IMG/VR virus record: IMGVR_UViG_3300046170_000502
Coordinates: 113,352 to 177,351 of that record
Direction: 5' to 3' (one strand)
From: a virus
DNA length: 64,000 nt
Below the pieces are notes generated by a model. That model did no database searches. It was not told the DNA's origin and worked only from the letters and a program-made list of their open reading frames with translations. The position numbers and the translations under genes are program-made. Below, in pieces: positions 58,948-64,000 of this stretch (positions are counted from its first letter, which is position 1; the number at the start of each line of letters is the position of its first letter).

Positions 58948-59133
58948 ATGAAAAAAACAGAAGTATACGTAGTAACAAGAAACTCAAGAAGAATTGAAGA
59001 AAAGAATTATTCAAAAAAAGAAGAAGCCGAAGTTAGAGCTGAAAAACTTGTCCAAGTTCTAAAAAGGTATAAAGATCCAGATTTCAAAAAAGTAAACGTT
59101 GTAAAAACAGATAAGCCTTACAAGATAAGATAA
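58948..59133 (+). CDS. Hypothetical protein
   Basis: 61-aa basic ORF. Confidence 0.65.
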   Translation: MKKTEVYVVTRNSRRIEEKNYSKKEEAEVRAEKLVQVLKRYKDPDFKKVNVVKTDKPYKIR

Positions 59134-59143
59134 AATTATTACA

Positions 59144-59620
59144 GTGGAAAACAAAAAAGAGCAATTATCTTTTGAAAATCTCGCCGAACTAAAAGGCTAT
59201 TCTCCAAAAAAAGCTAGAAACATGAGGATCCCTTATGTAACTCATATTTTAAAAGGCAAAGGTAGGGGTGGAAAGTCTGTCGAAATTAAAGTTGATTTAA
59301 AGAAAATCAAAAACAAAAAACAAAGTCAAGATTGGCTTTGGGTGGAATTCCAAAATGCAGAAGGTAAGCCTGGCTGGATTTATGGGCAAGCAGACTTCGT
59401 GGTATTTGAAAGAACAAAAGATTTCATATTTGTTAACAGAAAGGAGCTTCTTGACTGGTGTAGTGGTTCCCAAAAAATCAGGTATGATTTACCATTTGTG
59501 ACTTTAGCGAAAAAAGCGAAGTATAGAATTTATAAAAGGGAAGGAATGAAGGAGGAAATAACGCAGATTTTAGTTGATGACATAAAAACGCTTAAATCTT
59601 TTCGAACTTGGGATAAGTAA
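59144..59620 (+). CDS. PD-(D/E)XK-like nuclease-fold protein
   Basis: VDLK...WLWVEFQN..GKPGWIYGQADFVVFE. Confidence 0.5.
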   Translation: MENKKEQLSFENLAELKGYSPKKARNMRIPYVTHILKGKGRGGKSVEIKVDLKKIKNKKQSQDWLWVEFQNAEGKPGWIYGQADFVVFERTKDFIFVNRKELLDWCSGSQKIRYDLPFVTLAKKAKYRIYKREGMKEEITQILVDDIKTLKSFRTWDK

Positions 59621-60049
59621 GTGGCCTCAGCTCAAGATTTAGATAAATCTTATATAAAAATGGCTCAAACTTGGTCTTCTCTGTCGAGAGCTAAAAGGAA
59701 AAAGGTAGGATGTTTAATAGTTAAAGATGGATCGATCATATCTGATGGCTATAATGGTACTCCGAAATCTTTTGACAATCAATGCGAAGATGTAGGTCGC
59801 TTCGGCCAGTTAATAACAAAAAAAGAAGTTCTTCATGCAGAGAGTAACGCTATCACAAAATTAGCTAAATCGACTCAATCAAGCAAAGGGGCGACTATGT
59901 ATATTACCTCTGCGCCTTGTTTAGATTGTTCTAAATTAATTATTCAATCAGAAATTAAAAGAGTGGTATATTTAGAATTTTATAAAAACGACATAGGTAT
60001 CGATTTACTTAAGTCGGCTGGAGTTTTGGTAGATAAATTAGATGATTGA
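59621..60049 (+). CDS. dCMP deaminase
   Basis: GYNGTP, HAESNAI, PCLDC. Confidence 0.92.
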   Translation: MASAQDLDKSYIKMAQTWSSLSRAKRKKVGCLIVKDGSIISDGYNGTPKSFDNQCEDVGRFGQLITKKEVLHAESNAITKLAKSTQSSKGATMYITSAPCLDCSKLIIQSEIKRVVYLEFYKNDIGIDLLKSAGVLVDKLDD

Positions 60050-60629
60050 GTTTTTATTAGTTTGTGCTATTGGGGTTATTGTCTTTTTAGTTATTAACAA
60101 AAAAGATATAGCTCGCCCTCAAGTTGAAGAAGATCTCAGAAATGAAAATGATTTTTTGCGAATTAAATTAAACGAAAAACTATCAGACATTCAATCTAGG
60201 GAAAATAATTTAAATACAACCATAAAAGAGCTTCAATCGAGCATATCCAAACACCAAAGCGCCAGTACATCTATCATTGCAGATTTTAAGAAAAAAGAGG
60301 AAACTCTCATCTTTAAAACGCAAAATTTAGAGAAAAAGTTAGAAGAGGAAACGTTGGCTCGCAAAAAAGTTTTATCGCAAAAGAAAAGTGGCGAAGTTAG
60401 GTTGGGGCATATAGCTGAAACGCTTGCTCCATTTCTTGATCAGTTTGATTTTGAGCCTGAGAGGTGTTCTTTTTTAGGGCAGCCCATAGATTATATTTCA
60501 TTCGGAGATGATGAGATAACTTTTATTGAAGTGAAGAGCGGCAACAGTCAACTCAGCCAGAAACAAAGGCACATAAGAGATTTAGTCAAGGCAAAACTAG
60601 TTTCATGGAAAGAGGTCAGAATAAAATAA
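60042..60629 (+). CDS. Membrane-anchored endonuclease related to archaeal Holliday junction resolvase
   Basis: N-terminal TM helix and coiled coil, then GHIAETLAPF...FLGQPIDYI...FIEVKSG. Confidence 0.8.
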   Translation: MIEFLLVCAIGVIVFLVINKKDIARPQVEEDLRNENDFLRIKLNEKLSDIQSRENNLNTTIKELQSSISKHQSASTSIIADFKKKEETLIFKTQNLEKKLEEETLARKKVLSQKKSGEVRLGHIAETLAPFLDQFDFEPERCSFLGQPIDYISFGDDEITFIEVKSGNSQLSQKQRHIRDLVKAKLVSWKEVRIK

Positions 60630-60635
60630 AATAAA

Positions 60636-61070
60636 ATGAAAATGAGCAAAATTAAAATAAAATTTAAAAAATTAGATAATCGAGCAACGATTCCGCATTA
60701 CGCCAAAAAGGGTGACGCAGGAATAGACTTGATCGCAACAACAACAATGAGCAATGGCTACTTTGTTGAGTTCGGAACGGATTTGGCCATGGAAATACCC
60801 GAAGGTTATGTGGGATATATCTTTCCAAGATCAAGCATATCAAAGACAGACCATTATCTTAGAAATTCCGTTGGAGTTATTGATTCTGGCTATAGAGGGG
60901 AAATTAAAATCAGAATGAGCGTTCCCGCCTTAGGTTCAAAAAATTATAAAAACGGAGACAAAATAGCTCAATTAATTATAATGAAGCTTCCGTGGGTAGA
61001 TATAGAAGAGGTTGACGAGCTATCTGAGACGGATCGCGGAGAAGGCGGGTTCGGAAGTACGGGGAACTAA
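60636..61070 (+). CDS. dut: dUTPase (trimeric)
   Basis: AGIDL, PRSS, GVIDSGYRGE, IAQL, RGEGGFGSTG. Confidence 0.96.
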   Translation: MKMSKIKIKFKKLDNRATIPHYAKKGDAGIDLIATTTMSNGYFVEFGTDLAMEIPEGYVGYIFPRSSISKTDHYLRNSVGVIDSGYRGEIKIRMSVPALGSKNYKNGDKIAQLIIMKLPWVDIEEVDELSETDRGEGGFGSTGN

Positions 61071-61081
61071 CTTAACAAATA

Positions 61082-61690
61082 ATGAAAACATATATTGTAA
61101 GTACGATGGCATATAAAAAAATTTGCGCAAAATGCAAAGAGAGTAAAAGCGTTGACGAATTTTATAAACGCGAAACCTCAAAAGATGGACTTAGGGCTGA
61201 ATGTATATCTTGCGAGCTAGCTCGCAGGGCAAAACACAGAAAAGCAAACAAAGATAACATAAAAGAGTATAATAGAAATTATCAAGAAGCCAACAAAGAG
61301 AGAAGGAATCTTAGACATAGACAAAGGTATGCCTCTGACCGCCTTTTTAAATTAAGTGATCTTTACAGAAGCTCATGTCATAGGGCGTTCCAATCAATAG
61401 GTCATAAAAAAAATGCTAAATCATTAAAACTTCTTGGGCTAGAAACATGGCAAGAATTAGCTAAACATCTTGGATCTAAATTCTACGATCATCCCGAAAC
61501 AGGTGAAGAAATGACTTTTGATAATCATGGTTTGTATGGTTGGCATATAGATCATATTATTCCATTATCTACCGCAAAAACTGAAGAAGATATAATTAAA
61601 CTTTGTCACTATACCAATCTTCAACCTTTATGGGCAAAAGACAATTTAAGCAAAAGTAATAAAATCCTTGACATACAATCCATTATATAG
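61082..61690 (+). CDS. HNH endonuclease with N-terminal zinc finger
   Basis: CAKC...ECISC; WHIDHIIPLS...HYTNLQPLWAKDNLSK. Confidence 0.8.
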   Translation: MKTYIVSTMAYKKICAKCKESKSVDEFYKRETSKDGLRAECISCELARRAKHRKANKDNIKEYNRNYQEANKERRNLRHRQRYASDRLFKLSDLYRSSCHRAFQSIGHKKNAKSLKLLGLETWQELAKHLGSKFYDHPETGEEMTFDNHGLYGWHIDHIIPLSTAKTEEDIIKLCHYTNLQPLWAKDNLSKSNKILDIQSII

Positions 61691-61696
61691 TATAAT
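61668..61696 (+). promoter_or_regulatory. Consensus sigma70 promoter
   Basis: TTGACA-17-TATAAT. Confidence 0.88.
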
Positions 61697-61702
61697 ATAC
61701 GC

Positions 61703-61939
61703 ATGTTTAACTTAAAATCAAAAATCAAAAAAATGAAAAATCAAAAATACTTTATTGTTTATAAAAATGCTGACAACGCCGTTAAGACTTATGAAATTGG
61801 TCGCCCAGAGTTAACCGAGTCTTTTGGTAATAAAAACGAAGAGCGTAATAACATTGGGTTTAAAGCATTCTGTTTTGCCAGAAACGAAATTCGTTCATTT
61901 AGGCATGATCGGATTATTTCCCTAACACGAGCTTCGTGA
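61703..61939 (+). CDS. Stand-alone WYL-like domain protein
   Basis: AFCFARNEIRSFRHDRI. Confidence 0.55.
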   Translation: MFNLKSKIKKMKNQKYFIVYKNADNAVKTYEIGRPELTESFGNKNEERNNIGFKAFCFARNEIRSFRHDRIISLTRAS

Positions 61940-62139
61940 TACAGGGGATAATAAACTATTCTCTCAACAAGTTTTGCCCGTTATTATTAATAGCTTTTCT
62001 AGTTTTTTTTAATTTTGGACCCTTAACTTGGGAGCCCTATGTTATCATGGGGCTCGTTTTGTTTATTGAGAGATTTAATTTTAGAACTGGATATTCAGTG
62101 GCCTACTGTGAAGCTAGAGGAATTAACATAAATGAATGA
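61936..62139 (+). CDS. Small membrane protein
   Basis: Two hydrophobic segments. Confidence 0.6.
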   Translation: MIQGIINYSLNKFCPLLLIAFLVFFNFGPLTWEPYVIMGLVLFIERFNFRTGYSVAYCEARGININE

Positions 62140-62305
62140 TCAAGAAATTAATTCGTTAAGATTTCAAGTTTATGATAAATTATGTAAGAGCGAAAGCAAG
62201 AAAGAAAAAAAATACAATCAAAAATTACTTAATATAATTGATTATACAATACAATTAAAAGACTCAATGAAAAAGATAAGTAAAATCGGAGTCTCTCACA
62301 TATGA
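62132..62305 (+). CDS. Hypothetical protein (57 aa, not in ORF track)
   Basis: MNDQEINSLRFQVYDKLCK...; overlaps both neighbours. Confidence 0.55.
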   Translation: MNDQEINSLRFQVYDKLCKSESKKEKKYNQKLLNIIDYTIQLKDSMKKISKIGVSHI

Positions 62306-62469
62306 ATAAAGAAGATAAGGCTTTACTAAAATTAGCCGAAGAACTATCTGAGCTAACAACAAGAATTCTTCAACAATTAAACAAAACAAAAGATTATAAT
62401 AAAAAAATAGAGCAAGAAATCTCGGACGTCGAAAAACAATTAAAACTCCTAAAAAAGTTAAATGAATAA
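62302..62469 (+). CDS. Minimal MazG-like nucleotide pyrophosphohydrolase (55 aa, not in ORF track)
   Basis: LLKLAEELSEL...IEQEISDV matches the EExxE...ExxD pattern. Confidence 0.6.
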   Translation: MNKEDKALLKLAEELSELTTRILQQLNKTKDYNKKIEQEISDVEKQLKLLKKLNE

Positions 62470-63067
62470 AAGTTTATATAGAATAACAATAAATTATATT
62501 ATGCACACTAAACTATATAAGTTTATGTTGAAGCATGTTATTCCTTATATTCGATTTACTACTTATTATACAAAACTTCGGGGCAAAAAGTATCATAAAT
62601 TATATTCTTCTCTAAAATCTGGAGATGTTATATTGACTATTGATAAAAAGAAGCTCACAACGCTCCTAATCCCTGGAGAGTTCTCTCATGCAGCTATGTG
62701 CGTATCAACAGACCAAAATTGGGAAGTTAGTGAAATGACGCATGACGATTATACAAAAAGTACTTTTTTCGACATCTGCAAAGAAAGCGATAGAGTTGTA
62801 ATCTTGCGGCCTGACTTAAATCAAGACGCTATGGAAAAAGCAATTCAAAAATGCAAGTCATTAGAAGGCGCAGAGTACGACGCTCTATTTGATCTCGGAG
62901 TAGAGAGTTTATATTGTAGCGAATTAATTTATCAATCTTACGAAAACAATTCACTAGAATCAAACTTAGAAGACTTTGTTGGACTCGGAAGGCAATATCT
63001 GAGTCCTACAGGTTTATTACATTCAAAAAAATTAAAACTAATTATAGATAGCGACCTAATATCATGA
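62462..63067 (+). CDS. Permuted papain-like amidase (YiiX/YebB NlpC/P60)
   Basis: GDVIL...FSHAAM...YD...LYCSELIY; His precedes Cys. Confidence 0.8.
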   Translation: MNKSLYRITINYIMHTKLYKFMLKHVIPYIRFTTYYTKLRGKKYHKLYSSLKSGDVILTIDKKKLTTLLIPGEFSHAAMCVSTDQNWEVSEMTHDDYTKSTFFDICKESDRVVILRPDLNQDAMEKAIQKCKSLEGAEYDALFDLGVESLYCSELIYQSYENNSLESNLEDFVGLGRQYLSPTGLLHSKKLKLIIDSDLIS

Positions 63068-63711
63068 AAATTATCTTTTGTTTACCTGGCCCATCTTTTT
63101 CTGGAAGATTTTTATCTTGCTGGACAGAGCTTTATCACACGTGCTTAGCAAATGGAATCACGCCAATTTTATCTCAACGCTATAGCTGCAACATATATTA
63201 TGTTCGAACAAATTGTCTTGGTGCAGACGTAACTCGCGGAGAAAATCAAAAGCCATTTGATGGAAAAATTGACTATGATTATATTATGTGGATAGACTCA
63301 GACATCGCATTTAATCCAAAGCAGTTCTTGGATCTACTAAAACACAAGAAAGATATTTCTTCTGGTCTGTATCTTATGGAAGGCGGTCAAAATTTTGCTT
63401 GCGTAAAAGATTGGGATGAAAAGTTTTTTGATAAAAATGGGCACTTCCAATTTTTATCTCCGAAAGATATTGAAAAAGATAAATCTTTAATCAAAGTTAA
63501 TTATGTGGGAATGGGTTGGATGCTTGTCAAGAAAGGCGTCTTTGAGTCAATAAAATATCCTTGGTTCGAACCGATAAGAAAAACTATCGGAGGATATACA
63601 GATTTCACTATGGAAGATGTTGCGTTTTGCCATAAAGCTATCGAGCAAGGACATGACATATATGTAGACCCCAAGATTATAGTCGGTCACGAAAAAACAG
63701 TAGTTTTATAA
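63064..63711 (+). CDS. GT-A fold glycosyltransferase
   Basis: YIMWIDSDI, GMGWMLV, MEDVAFC, VGHEK. Confidence 0.75.
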   Translation: MKIIFCLPGPSFSGRFLSCWTELYHTCLANGITPILSQRYSCNIYYVRTNCLGADVTRGENQKPFDGKIDYDYIMWIDSDIAFNPKQFLDLLKHKKDISSGLYLMEGGQNFACVKDWDEKFFDKNGHFQFLSPKDIEKDKSLIKVNYVGMGWMLVKKGVFESIKYPWFEPIRKTIGGYTDFTMEDVAFCHKAIEQGHDIYVDPKIIVGHEKTVVL

Positions 63712-63999
63712 ATCAATTCCTAGAAAAATTAAAACAGCTGTGATCACGGCTCCGATTATAAGGTAGACTTTTTTTCTTTTGGGTTTATCTTTAGGGCTGG
63801 GCTTTAGGTCCTCCTCTTCTTTGCGTTTACGCTCCTCCTCTTCTTTGCGTTTACGCTCCTCCTCTTCTTTGCGTTTACGTTCCTCCTCTTCTTTGCGTTT
63901 ACGCTCCTCCTCTTCTTTGCGTTTACGCTCCTCCTCTTCTTTGCGTTTACGCTCCTCCTCTTCTTTGCGTTTACGTTCCTCCTCTGATTTTGTCTCAAT
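63706..63999 (-). CDS. C-terminus of a tail-anchored membrane protein with ER/K repeats (5'-truncated; different frame from the track ORF)
   Basis: IETKS(EEERKRKE)x7...PKRKKVYLIIGAVITAVLIFLGIDL-stop. Confidence 0.7.
   Translation of the reverse strand: METKSEEERKRKEEEERKRKEEEERKRKEEEERKRKEEEERKRKEEEERKRKEEEERKRKEEEDLKPSPKDKPKRKKVYLIIGAVITAVLIFLGIDL
63811..63984. repeat. 24-bp tandem repeat, ~7.25 copies
   Basis: CTCCTCTTCTTTGCGTTTACG(C/T)TC. Confidence 0.97.
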
Positions 64000-64000
64000 A

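Noticed and set aside
2701-63711. Remaining short opposite-strand or nested ORFs in the track
   Set aside because: Fully overlap longer genes with recognisable motifs and have no motifs or promoters of their own.
63770-63783. NLS-like PKRKKV
   Set aside because: In a phage context it is better explained as the positive-inside flank of the TM helix.
63804-63998. Track ORF MRQNQRRNVNAKK...
   Set aside because: The adjacent frame gives ER/K repeats plus a TM anchor and stop, a far more protein-like product.

Overview
A 64-kb, AT-rich, densely coding segment of a large tailed dsDNA bacteriophage with a long non-contractile, lambda/T5-like tail. No capsid, terminase or polymerase genes fall in this window. 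Layout: (1) 1-6.6 kb, repetitive fibre protein, J-domain protein and other likely virion proteins; (2) 6.6-18.2 kb, glycosyltransferases, SSB, phage sigma factor, dNMP kinase, a wHTH protein and a sugar-nucleotide/glycan cluster; (3) 18.2-52.4 kb, tail module with tail-tip J-like proteins, lambda K/L/M homologues, a ~1,980-aa tape measure, chaperones, neck, four tube-fold paralogues and side fibres; (4) 52.4-64 kb, sigma70-driven genes for nucleotide metabolism (NDT-like, guaC, dCMP deaminase, dUTPase, MazG-like), a GNAT/citrate-synthase-like cassette, tmRNA, RuvB, a resolvase-like nuclease and an HNH. Several genes are split by single-base indels, mostly in homopolymer runs and probably assembly errors, with a hotspot in the distal tail-tip gene. 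Most notable: a nuclease-like cargo domain in the tape measure flanked by repeated GG-x-IPN(F/Y)A motifs; a ~100-aa triple-repeat module inserted inside domains of three unrelated tail proteins; and a GTGTA(A/T) candidate late promoter which, like the sigma70 promoters, would often give near-leaderless mRNAs. All family calls come from reading motifs by eye; no database searches were run. A Verrucomicrobia/PVC host is only a weak inference.
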